Virus record (IMG/VR): IMGVR_UViG_3300017991_000105
Location: 3,901-67,900 of that record
Length of the DNA: 64,000 nucleotides
From: a virus
Reading direction: 5' to 3' (one strand)
Below the pieces are notes generated by a model that was not told the origin of the DNA, made no database searches, and worked only from the letters and a program-made list of their open reading frames with translations. This document shows, piece by piece, positions 55,926 through 64,000 of the stretch (position 1 is its first letter; every line of letters begins with the position of its first letter). Both the position numbers and the translations under genes were made by a program.

Positions 55926-57629
55926 CTATACAAACAAGAAATTTTCCTGGTGGACCTCCACCATGGATCCGGTGGGTGGAGTGTTGGCCGCCAGGTTCGC
56001 CAACATGGCGCTGTCACAGTAGTCATCCCTGGCCGTCTTTTCATCTGGACAGTGACACTTCATCAGGTCCCCTGTGTAGGACTTCTGAAGGTCCAACATC
56101 TGATGAACAAAGCGCTTCCAGCGTTTGTCCGTCTGGGCTTCCGTCCCCGCCGGATACTGGAACCGCCCGCTGACTATGTCCGTGTGGAAGATCTTGTAGG
56201 CTTCGCTCTTCTTGGGAGCCGTCAAGACCACGCCTTCTATCTCCACGTCCGCGCCTATCTCCGTGATCAGACGGTCCAGGAGAACAGCGCCCAACCCCGT
56301 GGCGTCCACACACAGCCGCTGAAGGTTGGGGATCTTCTGAAGGTAGTCCACGATGGCCGCAAACTGGATTTCATAGTTGTCTCCCTGGATCTCCAGCCAG
56401 TCTATGATTGACTTGGTGTAGGCTTCAAAGTAAGCACACCCGTCAGAAGAGAAGGACTCTACTTCCTGACAGATCGTGGGGTCATCCCAGTCCACTTCCA
56501 CCACAGTGACCACTGTGGAGGACTGGCCCTTCCCAAAGTCAATTCCCGCCGCCTGGTATAGGTTGGCGTCCGCCTTCCCCAGAAGGGAGTAGCGCCCGCT
56601 CTTTATACAGACGATAGGCGCGAAGATCTGATCAGGCGTGACAAACTGACCGCGTTCCAGGACCCATTCACATTCATAGGCCATCCGGACTTCATCAGAG
56701 TCCGCGCCGTAGTGTTCAATCTCCTGTTTGACGAAGTCACCATAGAGTGAATTATAGGCCGCCGCCGTCCGCCAGTTGTATTCAAAATGGTTCTGTTTTC
56801 CGCCCTGAAGGCGCTTCTCCATGTTGGACTTGATCGTGGCGTGGAACTCCCCCTTCTGGGTGGTGGCTGTTCCTACCGCCATGGTGGTCCCCTTGGTGGC
56901 CGCTATCATGGGACGGAGGGACTTCTTGATCTTTCGGCTGGAGATGTCCTGGGCCTCTTCCAGCGCCAGGATGTCATGGGTGGAGCCTTCCACCTTGGAC
57001 TGTTCACTGGCGGAACAGGCCCTGATTTCTGACCCGTTGGTCAGCCTGATGGTGTCCCTGTTCCAGGTGTCCACTTCAATTCCCAGTTCATCCAGGACTT
57101 CCATGGCCGTGTTCGTCTTCAGGTCCTTCATCAGCCGTCTGAACTGGATCTGGGCCTGTTCCAGCTTGGGAGCATAGATCCCGATGGAAACGCCCTTCTT
57201 GAAGCCCCTGTAGCGTCCCTGTTCATCCGTAAGGTTGAACCGCCAGTCCCGTTCAAACTCCTGGTCATTGGCGAAGGTTGGAAGAAGGATGGCCAAGGCC
57301 GCCAGGATAGCCGCCGTCAGCTCCGTCTTTCCGGACTGACGGGAGAACAGGGCCGTGACTGTAGCGCCTTCATGAAGAAGGACGGACTCCACCAGCCTGG
57401 CCGCTGGGGTGATCTGGTAGGGGTAGAACTGAACTTCACTGATCAGTTGGGCCGTCTGAACGATGACCTGGACCAAGTATTTGGTCTCCACCTTGGCGTC
57501 CGCCTGGGACGTGAGGGGAGTACAAACAGGACACAGGCCGTCAGCCGTCTGACCGCCTGTAGCCCGTTTCCGCCTGGCCCTTCGCTTCTTGGCCGGTTTA
57601 ACCTGTTCTTCTACTTGGATCTGGGACAT
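55926..57629 (-). CDS. terL: Terminase large subunit
   Basis: SRQSGKT, LEEAQ, GIDFGK, DATGLG, DDYCDS. Confidence 0.95.
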   Translation of the reverse strand: MSQIQVEEQVKPAKKRRARRKRATGGQTADGLCPVCTPLTSQADAKVETKYLVQVIVQTAQLISEVQFYPYQITPAARLVESVLLHEGATVTALFSRQSGKTELTAAILAALAILLPTFANDQEFERDWRFNLTDEQGRYRGFKKGVSIGIYAPKLEQAQIQFRRLMKDLKTNTAMEVLDELGIEVDTWNRDTIRLTNGSEIRACSASEQSKVEGSTHDILALEEAQDISSRKIKKSLRPMIAATKGTTMAVGTATTQKGEFHATIKSNMEKRLQGGKQNHFEYNWRTAAAYNSLYGDFVKQEIEHYGADSDEVRMAYECEWVLERGQFVTPDQIFAPIVCIKSGRYSLLGKADANLYQAAGIDFGKGQSSTVVTVVEVDWDDPTICQEVESFSSDGCAYFEAYTKSIIDWLEIQGDNYEIQFAAIVDYLQKIPNLQRLCVDATGLGAVLLDRLITEIGADVEIEGVVLTAPKKSEAYKIFHTDIVSGRFQYPAGTEAQTDKRWKRFVHQMLDLQKSYTGDLMKCHCPDEKTARDDYCDSAMLANLAANTPPTGSMVEVHQENFLFV

Positions 57630-57783
57630 TTCCGCCTGGTGTCTTTCTGTACCTGTCCTGGATGGACATAGCTTCAGAAGAACTTAGGCGTGTGGGGGGT
57701 GTGTCTGTGGGTGGTGTTTTCGTGATGTTCTTCTTGATCGTGGCCCGCGTTGGGACACTGTATCCTGGCTTGAATTTAGCCAT
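57598..57783 (-). CDS. Small basic protein
   Basis: 61 aa; ATG overlaps the upstream stop (TGATG). Confidence 0.55.
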   Translation of the reverse strand: MAKFKPGYSVPTRATIKKNITKTPPTDTPPTRLSSSEAMSIQDRYRKTPGGNVPDPSRRTG

Positions 57784-57851
57784 CAGCGTCTCTTCCTGGA
57801 CTTCTTCTTCTTTTTCTTCTTCTTCTTCTTCTTCTTCTTGGAACAGGCCAT
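57783..57851 (-). CDS. Poly-lysine micro-peptide MACS(K)13SRKRR
   Basis: GGAGG 8 nt upstream of ATG; (AAG)n tract in frame; TGATG coupling to the next gene. Confidence 0.6.
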   Translation of the reverse strand: MACSKKKKKKKKKKKKKSRKRR

Positions 57852-57852
57852 G

Positions 57853-58161
57853 TCATGATCCTCCGTTTCCTTGGCTTCTTATGGCCCTCTGGGCCTCTTC
57901 AAGCTGTTGGATCAGTTCCGTGACTTTGGTCTGGAGATCTGGGACAAGACACTGTCTCTGACTTAGGGCCGTGACTAGACTGACCACAGCCTGTCCCAAT
58001 GTAACCACGGAAACACTGTTCTTGTCCACAGCCCTGGCCATGGTCTTCAGCGCTTCGTTCTGGTCCTCCTGTTGGGACCTAGTCCACTTCAGGATCAGAA
58101 AGACCGCTATCAGGACTATTCCCGCCGTTCCAAAGTCAGCCAGCCAAGTCAGTTCATTCAA
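57853..58161 (-). CDS. Holin-like membrane protein
   Basis: N-terminal TM FGTAGIVLIAVFLILKW followed by coiled coil; TTG start after GGAGG. Confidence 0.55.
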   Translation of the reverse strand: MNELTWLADFGTAGIVLIAVFLILKWTRSQQEDQNEALKTMARAVDKNSVSVVTLGQAVVSLVTALSQRQCLVPDLQTKVTELIQQLEEAQRAIRSQGNGGS

Positions 58162-59383
58162 TGTAGCCTCCTGATCCGGTCCCTTCTGGACCATTCGCGC
58201 CCGTCAGACCGTGACCGCTGGCCGTAGAAGCCGAAGACGCCCGGCTGGCGTAAACGCCCCACTTTTCGTTGGTCAGTTTCACGGTTCCATCCGCTGTTCC
58301 TGACGTGACCTGGCCCGCGCCATTGATGTCAAAGTAGTCCACGCCTGTGGCCACCACTTCATAGGTCCCGTCCGTGATCCCAGTGTTCCCAAGGATTTCC
58401 ACCCATAGGGTATGATCCAGTTCATTCTGGGTCAGGGCCGCCCTGGACACCCGCCAGACATCCCCGCCCTGGTCTACCACGCCGGTGATGTTCTCCGCCG
58501 CTCCGCTGGTCACGTTGGCTTCCACAGCCACGTAGCTGGAATGACGGGTCTGGACGCCGCGTTTGTTGGAATGGACCACACAGTTCTCCACGGAACCCTT
58601 GGAATTCCCCACCAGATAGATCCCAGCTTCACATCTGGTGAAATGGCCTCCTGTGATGACCACGTTCCCCGCTTCCATGACGTAGATGGCGGACGTGTTG
58701 TTGTTGTAGTTGTTGTCCGTGATGTCACAGTTCAGGACCTTCACGTCATTACACTGGAGGATGGCCAGACCCGCGCTCGTGGCGGACACCTTGTCAATCA
58801 GAAGACCGTCCAAGATGACACCGTTGGACCGCGCCACAGCTATCCCACAGGTTCCTGGAACGGAGGTCTTTTCAATCTCCGCCCCGTGTAGGTTCTCTGA
58901 CTTGACCCGAAGCTTCCCCGTCCCAAGACAGGTCACGCCGTCAATGGCCAGGTAGGCCGGGGTCTGGACGGTTCCGAAACCTGGCGCTGTCATCTCCAAG
59001 GTGACAGCGTTCTGGTCATAGATCCCGTCAGCCAGTTGGACCGTGACTTCACAGTCCGCTATGGCCTTCCCTTCAATCAGAGTCAAGGCCGCGTTGGGGG
59101 ACAGGAAGGGGTTGGCCGCCGTCCCGTCCCCGGTTTCGTCGCTTCCCGTGGTGGCCACGTGGATGGTCAGGGGCCAGGTGATGACCTCTGGTTCCAGCCT
59201 CATTTCCAGCCACTTGGCGTCAGACACGTAGGACAGGCCGCCGCCAGACGTGGTCAGCTTCCAGTCCCCCGTGGTCCCGATCTTGGTAGCGCCGTCTCCT
59301 GGAGCCTGGAGCGGATGGCGGAGAACTTCCGTCTCTTCATCCGCTACCAGTTGGACCGCGCTGATGACATCCTTTATATTCAT
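58154..59383 (-). CDS. Right-handed beta-helix (pectin-lyase-like) virion protein
   Basis: HVATTGSDETGDGTAANPF, LADGIY, beta-helix repeats. Confidence 0.75.
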   Translation of the reverse strand: MNIKDVISAVQLVADEETEVLRHPLQAPGDGATKIGTTGDWKLTTSGGGLSYVSDAKWLEMRLEPEVITWPLTIHVATTGSDETGDGTAANPFLSPNAALTLIEGKAIADCEVTVQLADGIYDQNAVTLEMTAPGFGTVQTPAYLAIDGVTCLGTGKLRVKSENLHGAEIEKTSVPGTCGIAVARSNGVILDGLLIDKVSATSAGLAILQCNDVKVLNCDITDNNYNNNTSAIYVMEAGNVVITGGHFTRCEAGIYLVGNSKGSVENCVVHSNKRGVQTRHSSYVAVEANVTSGAAENITGVVDQGGDVWRVSRAALTQNELDHTLWVEILGNTGITDGTYEVVATGVDYFDINGAGQVTSGTADGTVKLTNEKWGVYASRASSASTASGHGLTGANGPEGTGSGGYIE

Positions 59384-59396
59384 GTCCGTCTCCTTT

Positions 59397-60827
59397 TTAG
59401 GTCTCTATCTGGCCGCCCGCATTGGTTCCAGTTTCGCCCAGCTCACATCTGACCAGACTATTTTCAGGGAAGTAGTAGGCTGTAGCGTTGTAGTCCGCCA
59501 GGACCCCGTATTCCAGGTTCCCCACTGAAATGTTTCCGCCTCCGGCTGGTCTAGTGGTGAAGGACCCGCTGGATCTTTCAATGTCCACGTAGTATCTACC
59601 GCTTCCGCCGTCATAGCCGTAGGCCGTAGCTACCCATGACCCGTTATTACTGGACGCGGAAGATCCGGTCAGCCTGATGATCAGACCATAAGCCTTCTCC
59701 AGATCCGTGAACTGGGTTCCAGCCGGGTCCAAGTGAACCCTGGCCGTCCCTCCACCTGTATCTGTGATTTCGGCAATGTCAGGAAGAGGGTTGACAGGGT
59801 CAGCGTCATAGACCCACCTGGCGGACGCGCCACTACAGTGTGTTGACCTCATGGCCGTTCGACACCCGAAGATCCGCGAATTGGACACCGTCACCACAGA
59901 ACAGGCGAACGCCAGAACCCCGAAGGGAGACCCCGAAATCAGACAGGTGTCTATCCCAACCATTTCAGAAGACTGAATGTAGATGGACGGAACAATCCAG
60001 AACCCTGAAATCCCTTCTCCTGGGACTCTGGTGTTGAATATACAGTTGGTCAGGGACACCTTGGAACTGGTGGAGACAGCTATTCCGCCGCCTACCACGC
60101 CGTCTATTTCCACGTTTTCGCTGTTGTCCACAGCCGTGGGTCCTAGCGTGACCTGGCCTGGGTTCTCCGCCTGTATCCGGAACTTCCCGCCGCTGTAGGC
60201 CCTGACTGTGTTGACCCAGACAGGACCGCCGAAAGGCCCAGTATACCCAAAGGGGAACAGGTAGCTGTAGATGTCCGTGAACGGGTTGAAAGCGGAGTAG
60301 TCACCATCCGCAAACTGGAAGATGATGTCCGCTCCTAAGATCACCCGACCTTCCAAGACCTGTTCATAGCCGTGTCTGTAGCTTTGCCAAGGTAGTCCCA
60401 CGGTTCCGTCACCTGTCACGTCACTTCCCGTTGGGGAGAAGTAGTAGGTGGCGCTTTCCGTGATCAGCTCTTCCGCGCCTGGGCCTGGGGGACCAGCGGG
60501 ACCTGTGGTCCCTCCGGGTTTGCTGATCCCCCTAGACGCGAAAGGGCCAGACATCACCCGAACTTCCACCAGTCCGGTGACCGCTCTGACACCTATGACG
60601 CCAGGGGTGGAGAAGGTTTCCCCGCCGTAAGGTACAGACTCCTCTTGTTTCAGGATAGGTGTGACCGCTGGGTCCGCTACAGGGATCTTCCCGGGTTCAA
60701 TGTAGACATCCCCATCCAAGGGAGTGATGATGATGGGTTCCCTGGTGTTTTCCGTCTTGATCAGGGTCCCCAGCGTGTCTACTGTGAACTGGCCGCCCCG
60801 CTTGTTTTGTAGAAGGAAATCAGCCAT
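59397..60827 (-). CDS. Right-handed beta-helix virion protein (paralog of 58154-59383)
   Basis: YFSPTGSDVTGDGTVGLPW, FADGDY; short GPAGPPGP collagen-like linker. Confidence 0.75.
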   Translation of the reverse strand: MADFLLQNKRGGQFTVDTLGTLIKTENTREPIIITPLDGDVYIEPGKIPVADPAVTPILKQEESVPYGGETFSTPGVIGVRAVTGLVEVRVMSGPFASRGISKPGGTTGPAGPPGPGAEELITESATYYFSPTGSDVTGDGTVGLPWQSYRHGYEQVLEGRVILGADIIFQFADGDYSAFNPFTDIYSYLFPFGYTGPFGGPVWVNTVRAYSGGKFRIQAENPGQVTLGPTAVDNSENVEIDGVVGGGIAVSTSSKVSLTNCIFNTRVPGEGISGFWIVPSIYIQSSEMVGIDTCLISGSPFGVLAFACSVVTVSNSRIFGCRTAMRSTHCSGASARWVYDADPVNPLPDIAEITDTGGGTARVHLDPAGTQFTDLEKAYGLIIRLTGSSASSNNGSWVATAYGYDGGSGRYYVDIERSSGSFTTRPAGGGNISVGNLEYGVLADYNATAYYFPENSLVRCELGETGTNAGGQIET

Positions 60828-60829
60828 TG

Positions 60830-61096
60830 TTACATCCTCCCTTCCTTCTGAAGGTCACTGACGTTCATCCGCCTGGGGGACTTTGGGGTCCCGTCTGTGA
60901 CATCCTTCACCACGGACTTCATGGTGGCGTCCAGGGGAGCCAGGGGCTTCATGAACTTGTCATTATCCCCAGGCCGACCCTTCCCAGCCCTTAGTCCGGT
61001 GTTTGTGGCCAGAGAAGACGTGGGCCTGTCAGGCTGACGCCTGGCCCGTTCCTTCCTGGACAGGAACTTGGTGTTCATTCCCTTTTGGTTCGCCAT
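60830..61096 (-). CDS. Small basic protein
   Basis: 88 aa K/R-rich; GGAGG RBS. Confidence 0.6.
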   Translation of the reverse strand: MANQKGMNTKFLSRKERARRQPDRPTSSLATNTGLRAGKGRPGDNDKFMKPLAPLDATMKSVVKDVTDGTPKSPRRMNVSDLQKEGRM

Positions 61097-61385
61097 TTTC
61101 TTCCTCCATCATTTGGTTGAAGAACCAGATCACGTCAGACACTGACATGTCCGCCAGGTCCTCCGTCTTGATCCCCATGGTTTCTCCGTTCAGTGTCACC
61201 TTGGACACAGGTTGACCAAAGGACACTTCCATCACCGCGCCGTAGGGAACATTGATCAGCTCCGGCTGATAGCGCCTGACCTCCCCGCCACAGCCTGGCC
61301 GTGGACACAGGGTCAGCTTCCCCATCAGGGCCTGGTCTTCCTCTTCCGTGAAGACCTCCATGGCGAACTCACACGATGAATTCAC
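61029..61385 (-). CDS. Hypothetical protein with Cys motif
   Basis: CPRPGCGG; operon packing. Confidence 0.55.
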   Translation of the reverse strand: MNSSCEFAMEVFTEEEDQALMGKLTLCPRPGCGGEVRRYQPELINVPYGAVMEVSFGQPVSKVTLNGETMGIKTEDLADMSVSDVIWFFNQMMEEENGEPKGNEHQVPVQEGTGQASA

Positions 61386-61399
61386 ACACTGATAGGCCG

Positions 61400-61693
61400 C
61401 TACTGGTTCCCGCTCTTCCGCCTGGTTTCCTTCGTTGATCTCTTTTCCCTTCCGCTTCCGTATTTCAGAGTCCTGGACGCTACCGCCTTCACGGAAGACG
61501 CCCCGCCTTTCCGCCCTTCGCCGCGCCTGGGGGATGGGTCAATCTTCTCCCCCTTGGACGCCTGTTGAAGGGCTTCCCTATCCTGGATTGACTTTTCCGC
61601 CGTCTCCATGGTCCGCTCCAGGTCCCATTCAGAATAGAACCTGAACCCTTCCATGAACGTCTTCTTGGCTTCTTTCATTTTCAACATAGTCAC
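61400..61693 (-). CDS. Hypothetical basic protein
   Basis: 97 aa, overlaps the upstream stop. Confidence 0.55.
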   Translation of the reverse strand: MTMLKMKEAKKTFMEGFRFYSEWDLERTMETAEKSIQDREALQQASKGEKIDPSPRRGEGRKGGASSVKAVASRTLKYGSGREKRSTKETRRKSGNQ

Positions 61694-62124
61694 GCCAGAA
61701 CGATAGTCAGAACTTGGATCAGAGCGTAGAGCGTGGTCTTCCCAAGGGCCTTCACAAACTTCTTCCGCCGCTTGGCTTCCTTGATCAGCTCCACCATCTC
61801 TTCCGCGTTCCGGGTTAGGGACAGGATCACCAGATCCGCGTCCATGTGGTCAGCCGCCAGTTCCAGCGCTTCTTCCATCTTCCCCTGACGAAGCTTGAAG
61901 TATATGACTTCCAACAGCTCCCGCCCGAAGGCCAGGAAGAGATCCGCGTTCTGGACTAGGACTTGTAGGTCTGTGGCCGTGAAGAGATCCCCCACAGGAA
62001 GGTCATCTAGCGTGATGTCTCCCACAGGGGTAGTGATGGTAGGACCCGTATCAGCGTGACTGTCAAGAAGGTCTTTGATAGTGTCTACCGCGTTTTCCCA
62101 ATCTTCTGTCTTTAGTTTACTCAT
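61690..62124 (-). CDS. Hypothetical protein with C-terminal hydrophobic anchor
   Basis: TLYALIQVLTIVLA C-terminus. Confidence 0.65.
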   Translation of the reverse strand: MSKLKTEDWENAVDTIKDLLDSHADTGPTITTPVGDITLDDLPVGDLFTATDLQVLVQNADLFLAFGRELLEVIYFKLRQGKMEEALELAADHMDADLVILSLTRNAEEMVELIKEAKRRKKFVKALGKTTLYALIQVLTIVLA

Positions 62125-62154
62125 TTCGTGAACCCATTTCCAGTCCCCGGGATG

Positions 62155-63114
62155 TCAAGCCCCGGTTCCTGTAGCGCCAGCGCCCAACAGTTGGGTCCGC
62201 CTGTATCCTTTCATGGTATCAAAGTCTAGCCTGTGACACGAAGACACAGACTCCCCAAGGGAAACTCCAGCTTCCTCCCCTATCATCTGGCCAACTTCCC
62301 AGACAGGTCTGGCTTCTTCTTCCACGCCAGGGGACCCGGAGTAGACACAGATCCCTTCCGTGTCATGTTTCCCGCCTTCGTCCTGAAAGCCGTGATCTGA
62401 ACAGACCACCCAGTAGTCTGGCTGGTACATCCAGACCAACATCTTGAAGATCTGTTCCACCCAACAGTGAATTCCGTAGACCCCATGATCTCCCAGGCCG
62501 CCGTAGGCGTGACAGACCCTGTCCACAGCTTTGGTCCCGACAGCCACCACGTCCTTGGACCTCAGATCATTTGAATGGCGAAATAGGAACCCGCTGTGGT
62601 AGCCAAGGATCAGGACCAGCGTGTCCAGAACTTCAGGCGGGAATGTGGCGTTGACCATCTGACCCCACACCGTTCCCAGCCTTTCGTCCATCACGTCAAA
62701 CAGGAATTCCTCTGGAAGGTCAATTCCCTGGGCTATGTCCAAGTCCGTAGGACTAGGCCATCCAGGAACGGTCCAGCTTTTCCCTACCACTTCCAGACCC
62801 CAGGTGAAGGGCATGAGGAAGGAAGCCGTGTTCTCCCCATCCAGCCAAGTAGAAGACCTGACATCCGCGAAGGTAGGACCAGACATGGTCCGCCCGTTCA
62901 TGATGACCCCGTGATCCACTGGCTGGAGTCCAGTGTAGATACTGGTCCAGTTTGGCCCAGAAAAAGGTTCCCGCGCCATGAAGTCCGTGATCATGGCGTC
63001 CGACCTGAAGAAGGAGCCCTGGTCTATGAATAGCCCCTTCTCTACACAGTAGCGAAATGAAAGCCCGTCAACTCCAAAGATCAATATCATGATCTTCTCC
63101 TTATCAGATGTCAT
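62155..63114 (-). CDS. Alkaline-phosphatase-superfamily nucleotide pyrophosphatase/phosphodiesterase
   Basis: IFGVDGL, PFSGPNWTSIYTG..P..HGV, D..CH, SDHGF, H motifs. Confidence 0.85.
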   Translation of the reverse strand: MTSDKEKIMILIFGVDGLSFRYCVEKGLFIDQGSFFRSDAMITDFMAREPFSGPNWTSIYTGLQPVDHGVIMNGRTMSGPTFADVRSSTWLDGENTASFLMPFTWGLEVVGKSWTVPGWPSPTDLDIAQGIDLPEEFLFDVMDERLGTVWGQMVNATFPPEVLDTLVLILGYHSGFLFRHSNDLRSKDVVAVGTKAVDRVCHAYGGLGDHGVYGIHCWVEQIFKMLVWMYQPDYWVVCSDHGFQDEGGKHDTEGICVYSGSPGVEEEARPVWEVGQMIGEEAGVSLGESVSSCHRLDFDTMKGYRRTQLLGAGATGTGA

Positions 63115-64000
63115 CCCCTCTGACTATGATGTAGTCTATGGAAATGGTGTCCGTCAGCGTTGGGTCATTGTTCTGGAACCGTATTCCAAAATTGGCGTTA
63201 TTATCCGAAGCGCCGCCTGAATGGGTGGAGATGTTGAACGTGTGGGGGCCTTTCCATAGATCACCGTATTGTGGAATAGTAGCCCTGGTGACCCAGGTGG
63301 AGCCGTTGGTGGTGTATAGGAACGTCACGTCCGCTTGGTCATCTGTGGAAGAATAGAAGGTGACCCTGATGTTATCCTTCCCCACTGTGGAGATGAACTG
63401 ATCCATGTAGTGGCCCGCGCTTCCGTTGATCGTCACAAAGCCCTGACCTGTGAAGTCCGTGAACCCGTAGCCTGGCTTCTGGTAGACTCCCTTCACTGGT
63501 CCCGTTCCTGGGTCATCCGGCCAGATGATGTATTCAGCGCCCACGTGGCCGCTGTAGGGGGACAGTTCATTGTGGATCGTCCTGACACTGGCCGCTGAAG
63601 ACGTGGTCCATGGTGGAACTTCAAAGGTGGGCTGACGCCCGTCTTCAAAGTCTTCATAGTAGAGAACACTGGCGGAGTCAGGGACCATAGGATAGCCGTC
63701 ACAAGCGTCCACCTTGATCTGATCAATGAAGAACTGAGAAGACGCCGTTGAAATTCCAGCCAGTTCAAAACGTAGCGTCAACTTGGTGTTGTGGGAGTAG
63801 GGGTGGGTCCCCAGCCATCTGGTGGACCCGTCTGGAACCGGTGGCGCTTCGTGGTATTCGTTGGCCCCAACCAGGTTCAGCTCCGCGTAGGTCCACGTGG
63901 AACCCACGTAGGGGAACCTGAACATCTCCCCTTCCACTGACGTGTTATTTGTCAGCCAGGCTGAACTGTTATTAGGGGACGCCCTGACTATCAGATAGCC
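63104..64000 (-). CDS. Virion protein with carbohydrate-binding-like beta-sandwich domains (5' end beyond window)
   Basis: Frame open to the window edge; YEDFEDG, Y.TNGSTW, FGIRFQ, ISIDYI patterns. Confidence 0.6.
   Translation of the reverse strand, partial: GYLIVRASPNNSSAWLTNNTSVEGEMFRFPYVGSTWTYAELNLVGANEYHEAPPVPDGSTRWLGTHPYSHNTKLTLRFELAGISTASSQFFIDQIKVDACDGYPMVPDSASVLYYEDFEDGRQPTFEVPPWTTSSAASVRTIHNELSPYSGHVGAEYIIWPDDPGTGPVKGVYQKPGYGFTDFTGQGFVTINGSAGHYMDQFISTVGKDNIRVTFYSSTDDQADVTFLYTTNGSTWVTRATIPQYGDLWKGPHTFNISTHSGGASDNNANFGIRFQNNDPTLTDTISIDYIIVRGDDI

Larger units (their letters stand above)
1..64000 (-). mobile_element. Tailed dsDNA phage genome segment (Caudoviricetes, likely siphovirus)
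   Basis: Co-oriented terminase, portal, capsid, tape measure and replication genes; no host housekeeping context, integrase or att site seen. Confidence 0.97.

Noticed and set aside
62125-62158. TTGACA on the minus strand as a fifth promoter
   Set aside because: No plausible -10 box at 16-18 nt spacing and no shared T-tract extension.
464-63598. Numerous plus-strand ORFs in the track
   Set aside because: All lie antisense to well-supported minus-strand genes and show no protein motifs; they are shadows of biased codon usage.
1-64000. Stop-codon reassignment, introns or inteins
   Set aside because: Core genes (terL, portal, MCP, polA, recA, dnaB) are full-length and uninterrupted in the standard code; the tRNA is not a suppressor.

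Overview
This is a 64-kb stretch of a GC-rich tailed dsDNA phage genome, probably a siphovirus (tape measure present, no tail sheath seen). Essentially all credible genes are on the minus strand. In transcription order (right to left) it carries: a pre-packaging block (nucleotide pyrophosphatase, two beta-helix proteins, holin-like gene); terminase, portal, scaffold and N4-gp56-type capsid; neck and tail genes with a probable -1 frameshifted tail chaperone; a replication/recombination module (SF2 helicase, DnaC-like, UDG, DnaB, primase, SSB, PolA, RecA, resolvases, Cas4-like nuclease); an M15 endolysin and a SpoVS-like gene; queC-queD; an acidic protein-MoxR-VWA operon; a DpdA/TGT-like transglycosylase; an alpha-class amino-methyltransferase; and a tRNA-Glu(UUC). 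The most striking signal is an extreme two-strand depletion of the trinucleotide GCA/TGC (and of CGAG/CTCG), enforced by context-dependent synonymous codon choice, in a phage that also encodes two DNA-modification routes. Other unannotated features are a poly-lysine micro-ORF upstream of the terminase, a long dual-coded chaperone overlap, and four sigma70 promoters sharing an extended -35 motif. All annotations come from motif recognition by eye; no database searches were run.
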